Below, in pieces: positions 49,811 through 60,809 of a DNA stretch of 64,000 nucleotides. Location: NCBI GenBank assembly GCA_030390025.1, contig JASTWF010000322.1:310001-374000 (forward strand). Reading direction: 5' to 3'. Numbering within the stretch: position 1 is the first letter of the stretch; each line of letters begins with the position of its first letter. The translations under genes were made by a program, and so were the position numbers. The notes beneath the pieces were generated by a model, which was not told the DNA's origin, searched no databases, and saw only the letters and a program-made list of their open reading frames with translations. This DNA comes from Squalus acanthias (taxonomy: Eukaryota).

Positions 49811-50664
49811 TCAACGAGTCCTTCGCCGGCTGTGATGCTGAGTTGGTGAAAGGCTTGGAGCGGCGCGAGTCCTTTATTTTCCTTCTGTCGACCAAAGGTG
49901 AAAATGTTTCACTTGCCTGAGGCAGCTGAGGTCTGGCTCTTCCCCATCGTATTTCACAGTCCCTGAAACCCACCCAGTCCCGGCGACGTTAAGGCCGAAC
50001 AAAGTCGAAGCCTTCGCACTCAGTAATCGGGAGAGGCAGCGATAAGGATCCCGCAGTCCAGCTCCGAGAATCGCGAGGGTCTTGGCGCTAAAGTCTCCGT
50101 TTCGAGCGCGGGAGCTCGGTCTCGAATTTCTCAACGCTGTCCCATTTGTGAACAGCCTGCGGGGTTTTTTTTCAACTGTGACACCCCCGCTCTTTGTCCT
50201 TCGACAAGCTTTGTCCAATCCCGCCCTCTCTCTGTTCGATTGCCTCCTGTTCCTTTGATTCGAACTTCCTGCTCCTGTGCGAGCTGATCTTCAAATGGGT
50301 TGTTCTTCACTCTTGGAGCTGGGTGTCCCAAGGGCGTTCGATTCCACCCCCCACTCGAATAAAGAGAGTACGCTCTCAGAGAGGCCCCAGTCCGCCCCCT
50401 CCTTCCCCCGCTGCGAGCAGGAGAAACCCTTCACTCCTGCTGTGGTTTTTTTTCTCTCTCTCGCTGGGATTATTTTCAACTGACCTCCAAATCATTGGCT
50501 TCTCGGCCCTGCCCCCGGATGTATACGATCAGTCCCCTCGCCTCCTCCTCCTCCTGCCTGCTGCTTCCTGCTCTCCGCTGGGTCCGAGAGTCTGTCGAGA
50601 CAGATTGCAATCTCATAACAAGGCTGTCGTTCATCGGGTCACATTCCTAGTCCAAAAATCATGC

Positions 50665-53600
50665 ATCTCTCAGGGCGCTTCACAGGAGCGATTATAAACA
50701 CAAATTCGACCCGAGCCACAGAAGGAGATATTAGGGACAGGCGACCAAAAGCTTGGTCAAAGAGGTCGGTTTTAACAAGCGTCTTAAAGGAGGAGAGAGA
50801 GGCGAAGAGGTTTAGGGAGGGAATTCCAGAGCTCAGGGCCCAGGCAGCTGAAGGCATGGCCGCCAATGGTGGAGCGATGGAAATCGGGGGATGCGCAAGA
50901 GGCCAGAATTGGAGGAGCGCAGAGATCTCGGAGGGTTGTACGGACTGGAGCAGGTTAGAGAGATAGGGAGGGGGTGAGGACCATGGAGGGATTTGAACAG
51001 GAGGATGAGAATTGTAGGGCTGTAGGAGGTTACAGAGATAGGGAGGGGGTGAGGACCATGGAGGGATTTGAACAGGAGGATGAGAATTGTAGGGCTGGAG
51101 GAGGTTACAGAGATAGGGAGGGGGCGAGGGGCCATGGAGGGATTTGAACAGGAGGATGAGAATTGTAGGAGCTGGAGGAGGTTACAGAGATAGGGAGGGG
51201 GGCGAGGGCCATGGAGGGATTTGAACAGGAGGATGAGAATTGTAGGGGCTGGAGGAGGTTACAGAGATAGGGAGGGGGTGAGGGGCCATGGAGGGATTTG
51301 AACAGGAGGATGAGAATTGTAGGGGCTGGAGGAGGTTACAGAGATAGGGAGGGGGCGAGGGCCCTGGAGGGATTTGAACAGGAGGATGAGAATTGTAGGG
51401 GCTGGAGGAGGTTACAGAGATAGGGAGGGGGCGAGGGCCATGGAGGGATATGAACAGGAGAATGAGAATGTAGGGCTGGAGGAGGTTATAGAGATAGGGA
51501 GTGGGCGAGGGCCATGGAGGGATTTGAACAGGAGGATGAGATTTGTAGGGCTGGAGGAGGTTAAAGAGATAGGGAGGGGGGCGAGGGCCATGGAGGGATT
51601 TGAACAGGAGGATGAGAATTGTAGGGCTGGAGGAGGTTACAGAGATAGGGAGGGGGCGAGGGCCATGGAGGGATTTGAACAGGAGGATGAGAATTGTAGG
51701 GGCTGGAGGAGATTACAGAGATAGGGAGGGGGCGAGGGTCATGGAGGGATTTGAACAGGAGGATGAGAATTGTAGGGCTGGATGAGGTTACAGAGATAGG
51801 GAGGGGGCGAGGGCCATGGAATGATTTGAACAGTAGAATGAGAATTGTAGGGCTGGAGGAGGTTACAGAGATAGGGAGTGGGCAAGGGCCATGGAGGGAT
51901 TTGAACATGATGCTGAGAATTGTAGCGCTAGAGGAGTTTACAGAGATAGGGAGGGGGCGAGGGCGATGGAGGGATTTGAACAGGAGGATGAGAATTGGAG
52001 GGGCTGGAGGAGGTTACAGAGATAGGGAGGGGGCGAGGGCCATGGAGGGATTTGAACAGGAGGATAAGAATTGTAGGGGCTGGAGGAGGTTACAGAGATA
52101 GGGAGGGGGCGAGGGCCATGGAGGGATTTGAACAGGAGGATGAGAATTGTAGGGGCTGGAGGAGGTTACAGAGATAGGGAGGGGGCGAGGGCCATGGAGG
52201 GATTTGAACAGGAGGATGAGAATTGTAGGGGCTGGAGGAGGTTACAGAGATAGGGAGGGGGCGAGGGCCATGGAGGGATTTGAACAGGAGGATGAGAATT
52301 GTAGGGGCTGGAGGAGGTTACAGAGATAGGGAGGGGGCGAGGGCCATGGAGGGATTTGAACAGGAGGATGAGAATTGTAGGGCTGGAGGAGGTTAAAGAG
52401 ATAGGGAGGGGGTGAGGGCCATGGAGGGATTTGAACAGGAGGATGAGAATTGTAGGGGCTGGAGGAGGTTTCAGAGATAGCGAGGGGGGCGAGGGTCATG
52501 GAGGGATTTGAACAGGAGGATGAGAAGTGTAGAGGCTGGAGGAGGTTACAGAGATAGGGAGGGGGCGAGGGCCATGGAGGGATTGGAACAGGAGGATGAG
52601 AATTGTAGGGGCTGGAGGAGATTACAGAGATAGGGAGGGGGCGAGGGTCATGGAGGGATTTGAACAGGAGGATGAGAATTGTAGGGCTGGAGGAGGTTAC
52701 AGAGATAGGGAGGGGGCGAGGGCCATGGAATGATTTGAACAGTAGAATGAGAATTGTAGGGCTGGAGGAGGTTACAGAGATAGGGAGTGGGCAAGGGCCA
52801 TGGAGGGATTTGAACATGATGCTGAGAATTGTAGGGGCTGGAGGAGGTTACAGAGATAGGGAGGGGCGAGGGCCATGGAGGGATTTGAACAGGAGGATGA
52901 GAATTGTAGGGGCTGGAGGAGGTTACAGAGATAGGGAGGGGGTGAGGGGCCATGGAGGGATTGGAACAGGAGGATGAGAATTGTAGGGGCTGGGGGAGGT
53001 TACAGAGGTAGGGAGGGGGCGAGGGCCATGGAATGATTTGAACTGTAGAATGAGAATTGTAGGGCTGGAGGAGGTTACAGAGATAGGGAGTGGGCAAGGG
53101 CCATGGAGGGATTTGAACATGATGCTAAGAATTGCAGCGCTAGAGGAGTTTACAGAGATAGGGAGGGGGCGAGGGCGATGGAGGGATTTGAACAGGAGGA
53201 TGAGAATTGGAGGGGCTGGAGGAGGTTACAGAGATAGGGAGGGGGCGAGGGCCATGGAGGGATTTGAACAGGAGGATAAGAATTGTAGGGGCTGGAGGAG
53301 GTTACAGAGATAGGGAGGGGGCGAGGGCCATGGAGGGATTTGAACAGGAGGATGAGAATTGTAGGGGCTGGAGGAGGTTACAGAGATAGGGAGGGGGCGA
53401 GGGCCATGGAGGGATTTGAACAGGAGGATGAGAATTGTAGGGGCTGGAGGAGGTTACAGAGACAGGGAGGGGGCGAGGGCCATGGAGGGATTTGAACAGG
53501 AGGATGAGAATTGTAGGGGCTGGAGGAGGTTACAGAGACAGGGAGGGGGCGAGGGCCATGGAGGGATTTGAACAGGCGGATGTGAATTGTAGGGGCTGGA

Positions 53601-54035
53601 GGAGGTTACAGAGATAGGGAGGGGCGAGGGGCCATGGAGGGATTTGAACAGGCGGATGTGAATTGTAGGGGCTGGAGGAGGTTACAGAGATAGGGAGGGT
53701 CGAGGGGCCATGGAGGGATTTGAACAGGCAGATGTGAATTGTAGGGCTGGAGAATGTTACAGAGATAGGGAGGGTCGAGGGGCCATGGAGGGATTTGAAC
53801 AGGAGGATGAGAATTGTAGGGGCTGGAGAAGGTTACAGAGATAGGGAGGGGGCGAGGGGCCATGGAGGGATTTGAACAGGAGGATGAGAATTGTAGGGGC
53901 TGGAGGAGGTTACAGAGGTAGGGAGGGGGCGAGGGGCCATGGAGGGATTTGTACAGGAGGATGAGAATTTTAAAATCGGGGCGTTGCCGGACCGGGAGCC
54001 AGCGTAGGTCAGCGAGCACAGGGGGTGATGGGTGA
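50665..54035 (-). repeat. L2 3' end containing an approximately 3-kb 75-77-bp VNTR
   Basis: About 39 units of GGGATTTGAACAGGAGGATGAGAATTGTAGGGGCTGGAGGAGGTTACAGAGATAGGGAGGGGGCGAGGGCCATGGA, flanked by collinear L2 sequence. Confidence 0.93.
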
Positions 54036-54269
54036 AGGGCAGTAAATCCTAGTTTTTCTTCCCCCAAGAGGCTGGATAAATGCAAATCGCTGCTGTCATT
54101 GTTCTCCGAGATGACCTGTAACCCGATATCTATGCTGACCTCCACTGCTTGCCTTTCAACCTCTGCCCCAGGAAGTGTTTCGTCCTTGGCCTCCTCCTGC
54201 TGTTTTGAGACAAGTGGCCGTTACAGATTGTAACCTGATACAGAATGCCATGTAATCTAAATGCTACAA

Positions 54270-56590
54270 TCCTAGAGGGGGTGCAGGAACAGAGAGGCCT
54301 GGGGGTGTATGTACACAAGTCTTTGAATGTGATGGGACAGGTTGAGAAGGCTGTTAAAAAGGCATACGGGAACCTTGGCTTTATAAATAGAGAGGTCGCA
54401 CAACACCAGGTTATAGTCCAACAGTTTTATTTGAAATCACAAGCTTTCGGAGCTTACTACTCCTTCGTCGGGTGAAGTAAAAAGATACAGAATCGCCAAA
54501 GCATATATAGATAGAGAACAATGCATGTGTACCTTACAATTGCAGACAACTAAATTAAATCATCCTGACTATCTGCCGAGGTGTGATAAAGTTAATCAGG
54601 TCAGCCAGGAAGGTACCACATCAAAGACATAGCAAGATACAACTGAGACAATGAGGTGGCGTCGCAGGGGGTCTAACGTGTCAAAAGCTGCCGTCTGTAT
54701 GTAAAATGATAAGCTTTAAAATTTTTACTTTTTTACTGGGAAAATGTTTACTTTTTTACTGGGAATCACATCTGTGAACAAGCCAACGACGACTCGAGTC
54801 CGGATCACGTCATGTATCGTGACATAAACCCAAGATCCCGGTTGAGACCGTCTTCATGAGTGCGGAACTTGGCTATCAGTTTCTGCTCGATGATTTTGCG
54901 TTGTCGTGTGTTCCTAAGGTTGCCTTGGAGAACGCTTACCCGCAGATCCGAGGCTGAATGTCCTTGACTGCTGAAGTGTTCCCCGACTGGGAGGTAACAA
55001 TCCTGCCTGGCGATTGTTGCGCGGTACTCGTTCATACGTTGTCTCAGTGTCTGCATGGTCTCACCGATGTACCATGCCGCGGTGCATTCTTTCCTGCAAC
55101 GTATGAGGTAGACAACGTTGGCCGAGTCACATGAGTATGTACCATGTACCTGGTGGGTAGTGTCCTCACGTGTGATGGTGGTATCTGTGTTGATGATCTG
55201 GCATGTCTTGCAGAGTTTGCCGTGGCAGGGTTGTGTGGTGTCGTGGTCGCTGTTATCCTGAAAGCTGGGTAATTTGCTGCGAACGATGGTACTTCTGAGG
55301 TTAGGCGGCTGTTTGAAGGCAAGTAGTGGAAGCGTGGGGATGGCCTTAGCGAGGTGTTTGTCGTCATCGATGACATGTTGAAGGCTGCGAAGAACATGGC
55401 GTTGTTTCTCCGCTCCGGGGAAGTACTGAACGACGTAGGGTACCCTGTTGGTTGTGTCCCGTGTTTGCCTTCTGAGGAGGTCTATGCGATTTTTCGCTGT
55501 GGCCCGTCGGAACTGTCGATCGATGAGTCGAGCGTCATATCCCGTTCTTACGAGGGCGTTTTTCAGCGTCCGTAGGTGTCCATCGCGTTCCTCCTCGTCT
55601 GAGCAGATCCTGTGTATTCGCAGGGCTTGTCCATAGGGGATGGCTTCTTTAACGTGGTTAGGGTGGAAGCTGGAGAAGTGGAGCATCGTGAGGTTGTCCG
55701 TGGGCTTGCGGTAGAGTGAAGTGCTGAGGTGTCCGTCTTTGATGGAGATTCGTGTGTCCAGGAATGAAACCGATTCTGAGGAGTAGTCCATGGTGAGTTT
55801 GATGGTGGGATGGAACTTGTTTATGTTATCGTGTAGTCTTTTCAGTGATCCTTCGCCATGGGTCCAAAGGAAGAAAATTTCGTCGATGTATCTAGTGTAC
55901 AGCGTTGGCTGGCGGTCCTGTGCAGCGAAGAAGTCTTGCTCGAACTTGTGCATGAAGATGTTGGCGTATTGGGGTGCGAATTTGGTCCCCATGGCTGTTC
56001 CGTGTGTTTGGGTAAAAAAATGGTTGTCGAAGGTGAAGACATTGTGGTCAAGGATGAAGCGGATGAGTTGTAGGATGGCGTCTGGAGATTGGCTGTTGTT
56101 GGTGTTGAGTACTGAGGCTGTCGCAGCGATGCCGTCATCGTGGGGGATACTGGTGTAGAGTGCCGATATGTCCATAAATATAGGCATAGAGTACAAAAGC
56201 AAGGAAGCTATGCTAAACTCGTTATAAAGCACTGGTTAGGCCCCAGCTGGAGTATGGTGTCCAATTCTGGGCACCGCACTTTCGGAAGGATGTCAAGGCC
56301 TTGGAGAGGGTGCAGAGGAGATTGACCAGAATGATTCCAGGGATGAGGGACTTCAGTAATGTGGAGGGACTGGAGAAGCTGGGGTTGTTGATGAGGACTT
56401 CAGTGATGTGGAGAGACTGGAGAAGCTGGGGTTGTTCTCCTTGGAGCAGAGAAGGTTAAGGGGGAGATTGACCAGAATGGTACCAGGGATGAGGGACTTC
56501 AGTGATGTGGAGAGACTGGAGAAGCTGGGATTGTTCTCCTTAGAGCAGAGAAGGTTAAGAGGGAGATTGACCAGAATGGTACCAGGGATG
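54270..56590 (+). mobile_element. CR1 LINE split by a Penelope element (54270-54392 and 56174-56590)
   Basis: GGCTTTATAAATAGAG|GCATAGAGTACAAAAGC continuity across the insertion; 98-bp repeats at the 3' side. Confidence 0.85.
54390..56176 (-). mobile_element. Penelope-like element, 5'-truncated, RT plus GIY-YIG endonuclease
   Basis: MDISALYTSI, GTAMG, RYIDEIF, FLD, LYRKPT and VVYLIRC...YIGET in one open frame (54805-56176). 3' UTR with hammerhead-like motif; TSD ATAAATA(G/T)AG. Confidence 0.95.
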
Positions 56591-56591
56591 A

Positions 56592-56823
56592 GATGAGTCT
56601 AGGTTCGGATCAGTCATGGCCCTGTGGGTAGCGGAGTGGGCCCAGGGGCCGTGTAGCCTGATCCTGCTCCTATTTCGTATGTTCAATTCTGTTAGGTTCA
56701 GGAGATGGTTCTGTGATAGTAGATTGGCGATTAGGATCAGATCAGCCATGATCTTATTGAATGGCGGAGCAGGCTCGAGGGGCCAATTGGCCTACTCCTG
56801 CTCCTATTTCTTATGTTCTTATG
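56592..56823 (+). mobile_element. CR1 duplicated 3' UTR fragment
   Basis: Reverse complement of 43515-43750. Confidence 0.85.
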
Positions 56824-59608
56824 TAGGAGGAAGCCCATTCAGACCCTCGAGCCTGTTACACAGGAACAGGAGGAGGCCCATTCAGCTCCTCGAGCCTGTT
56901 ACACAGGAACAGGAGGAGGCCTATTCAGCCCCTCGAGCCTGTTACACAGGAACAGGAGGAAGCCCATTCAGCCCCTCGAGCCTGTTACACAGGAACAGGA
57001 GGAGGCCCATTCAGCCCCCTCGAGCCTGTTACACAGGAACAGGAGGAGGCCCATTCAAACCCTCGAGCCAGTAACACAGGAACAGGAGGAGGCCCATTCT
57101 GTTAATCGAGCCTATTACACAGGAACAGGAGGAAACCCATTCAACCCCTCAAGCCTGTTACACAGGAACTGGAGGAGGCCCATTCAGCTCCTCGAGCCTA
57201 TTACACAGGAACAGGAGGAGGCCCATTCAGCCCCTCGAGCCTATTACACAGGAACAGGAGGAGGCCCATTCAGACCCTCGAGCCTATTACACAGGAACAG
57301 GAGGAGGCCCATTCAGCCCCTCGAGCCTATTACACAGGAACAGGAGGAGGCCCATTCAGCTCCTCGAGCCTGTTACACAGGAACAGGAGGAGGCCCATTC
57401 AGACCCTCGAGCCTATTACACAGGAACAGGAGGAGGCCCATTCAGCCCCTCGAGCCTGTTACACAGGAACAGGAGGAGGCCCATTCAAACCCTCGAGCCA
57501 GTAACACAGGAACAGGAGGAGGCCCATTCTGTTAATCGAGCCTATTACACAGGAACAGGAGGAAACCCATTCAACCCCTCAAGCCTGTTACACAGGAACT
57601 GGAGGAGGCCATTCAGCCCCTCGAGCCTGTTACAGATGAACAGGAGGAGGCCCATTCAGCCCCTCGAGCCTGTTACACAGGAACAGGAGGAGGCCCATTC
57701 AGCCCCTCGAGCCTGTTACATCGGAACAGGAGGAATCCATTCCGCCCCTCGAGCCTGTTACACAGGAACAGGAGGAGGCCATTCAGCCCCTCGAGCCTGT
57801 TACTATAGGAATAGGAGGTGGCCATTCAGCCCCTCGAGCCCATTACATAGGAACAGGAGGAGGCCATTCAGCCCCTTGAGCCAGTTACACAGGAACAGGA
57901 GGAGGCCATTCAGCCCCTCGAGCCTGTTACACAGGAACAGGAGGAGGCCCATTCAGCCCCTCGAGCCTGTTACACAGGAACAGGAGGAGGCCCATTCAAA
58001 CCCTCGAGCCAGTAACACAGGAACAGGAGGAGGCCCATTCTGTTAATCGAGCCTATTACACAGGAACAGGAGGAAACCCATTCAACCCCTCAAGCCTGTT
58101 ACACAGGAACTGGAGGAGGCCATTCAGCCCCTCGAGCCTGTTACAGATGAACAGGAGGAGGCCCATTCAACCCCTCGAGCCTGTTACACAGGAACAGGAG
58201 GAGGCCCATTCAGCCCCTCGAGCCTGTTACACATGAACAGGAGGAGGCCCATTCAGCCCCTCGAGCCCATTACACAGGAACAGGAGGAGGCCATTTAGCC
58301 CCTCGAGCCTGTTACTATAGGAACAGGAGGAGGCCATTCAGCCCCTTGAGCCCATTACATAGGATCAGGAGGAGGCCATTCAGCCCCTCGAGCCTGTTAC
58401 ACAGGAACAGGAGGAGGCCCTTTCAACCCCTCGAGCCAGTTACACAGGAAAAGGAGGAGGCCCATTCAGCCCCTCGAGCCTGTTACACAGGAACAGGAGG
58501 AGACCCATTCAGCTGCTCAAGCCTGTTACACAGGAACAGGAGGAGGCCCATTCAGACCCTCGAGCCTATTACACAGGAACAGGAGGAGGCCCATTCAGAC
58601 CCTCGAGCCTATTACACAGGAACAGGAGGAGGCCCATTCAGCCCCTCGAGCCTGTTACACAGGAACAGGAGGAGGCCCATTCAGCCTCTCGAGCCTGTTA
58701 CACAGGAACAGGAGGAGGCCCATTCAGCCCCCTCGAGCTTGTTACACAGGAACAGGAGGAGCCCCATTCAGCCCCTCGAGCTTGTTACATAAGAACAGGA
58801 GGAGGCCCATTCAGCCCCCTCGAGCCTGTTACACAGGAACAGGAGGAGGTCCATTCAGCCCCCTCGAGCCTGTTACACAGGAACAGGAGGAGGCCCATTC
58901 AGCCCCTCGATCCTGTTACATAGGAACAGGAGGAGGCCCATTCAGCCCCCTCGAGCCTGTTACACAGGAACAGGAGGAGGCCCATTCAGCCCCTCGAGCC
59001 TGTTACACAGGAACAGGAGGAGGCCCATTCAGCCCCTCGAGCCTGTTACACAGGAACAGGAGGAGGCCCATTCAGCCCCTCGAGCCTGTTACACAGGAAC
59101 AGGTGGAGGCCCATTCAGCCCCTCGAGCCTGTTACATTGGAACAGGAGGGGGCCATTCAGCCCCTTGAGCCCATTACACAGGAAAAGGAGGAGGCCATTC
59201 AGCCCCTCGAGCATGTTACTATAGGAATAGGAGGTGGCCATTCAGCCCCTCGAGCCCATTACATAGGAACAGGAGGAGGCCATTCAGCCCCTTGAGCCCA
59301 TTACATAGGAACAGGAGGAGGCCATTCAGCCCCCTCGAGCCTGTTACACAGGAACAGGAGGAGGCCCATTCAGCCCCTCGAGCCTGTTACACAGGAACAG
59401 GAGGAGGCCCATGCAGCCCCTCGAGCCTGTTACACAGGAACAGGAGGAGGCCCATTCAGCCCCTCGAGGCTGTTACACAGGAACAGGAGGAGGCCCATTC
59501 AGCCCCTCGAGCCTGTTACACAGGAACAGGAGGAGGCCCATTCAGCCCCCTCGAGCCTGTTACACAGGAACAGGAGGAGGCCCATTCAGCCCCTCGAGCC
59601 TGTTACAC
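56824..59608. repeat. 43-bp CR1-tail minisatellite, about 65 units
   Basis: Same unit as 1-2996; runs directly into a minus-strand CR1 3' UTR (59608-59925). Confidence 0.95.
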
Positions 59609-60026
59609 CATTTAATTAGATCCCGGCTGATCTGTATCTTAACTCCATTTACCCGCATTGGTTACGTAACCCTTAATACCCTTACCCAACAAAAATCTAC
59701 CGATCTCAGTTTTGACCTTTTCAATTGACCCCCAGCCTTCACAACTTTTTGGGGGAGAGAGTTCCAGATTTCCACCACCCTTTGTGTGAAGAAGTGCTTC
59801 CTGACATCACCCCTGAACGGCCTGGCTCTAATTTTAAGGTTCTGCCCCCCTTGTTCTGGACTCCCCCCACCAGAGGAAATAGTTTCTCTCTCTCTCTACC
59901 CTATCGAATCCTTTAATAATCCTCGTCTCGATTAATGATACCATAGATAACATATCGGTGTCAGATAGATTTTTATTTAACTTTTCAAACAAAATATTGT
60001 ACATTTAAAATCAACTTCAGTTAACT

Positions 60027-60790
60027 AGAATCACAGAATGATAGAACACAGGAGGAGTCCATTCGGCCCATCGATCCTGTGCGGGCTCTTTGGTCGAGCT
60101 CTCCAATTAGTCCCACTCTCCCCCCCCTCGCTCTTTCCCCACAGCCCTGCAAATTTTTCCCCTTCAAGTATTTCTCCAATTCCCCTTTTGAAAGTTACTA
60201 TTGAATCTGCTTCCACCGCCCTTTCAGGCAGCGCGTTCCAGATCACAACAACTCGCTGCGTAAAGAAATGTTTCCTCATCTCCCCCTCTGGTTCTTTTGC
60301 TGATTATCTTCAATCTGTGTCCTCTGGTTACCCACCCTCCTGCCACTGGAAACACTTTCTCCTTATTTACTCCATCAAAACCCCTCATGATTTTGAACAC
60401 CTCTATTAAATCTCCTCTTAACCTTCTCTGCTCTAAGGAGAACAACCCCAGCTTCTCCAGTCTCTCCACATCACTGAAGTCCCTTATCCCTGGTCCCATT
60501 CTGGTCAATCTCCCCTTAACCTTCTCTGCTCTAAGGAGAACAACCCCAGCTTCTCCAGTCTCCACATCACTGAAGTCCCTCATCCCTGGTACCATTCTGG
60601 TCAATCTCCCCTTAACCTTCTCTGCTCTAAGGAGAACAATCCCAGCATCTCCAGTCTCTCCACATCACTGAAGTCCCTCATCCCTGGAACCATTCTGGTC
60701 AATCTCCCCTTAACCTTCTCTGCTCTAAGGAGAACAACCCCAACTTCTCCAGTCTCTCCACATCTCTGAAGTCCCTCAATCCCTGGAACC
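60027..60790 (-). mobile_element. CR1 3' end with 98-bp VNTR
   Basis: ORFs 60031-60279 and 60224-60604; starts about 20 nt after the ZNF-C stop codon. Confidence 0.9.
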
Positions 60791-60809
60791 GTCCCAGTTC
60801 CTCGTCCGT

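Noticed and set aside
50665..54035. RGG/Glu-rich protein-coding repeats
   Set aside because: The 75-77 bp unit shifts frame constantly and is antisense L2 ORF2.
56177..56232. First 19 residues of the 475-aa Penelope ORF
   Set aside because: They come from the antisense flanking CR1, beyond the insertion junction.
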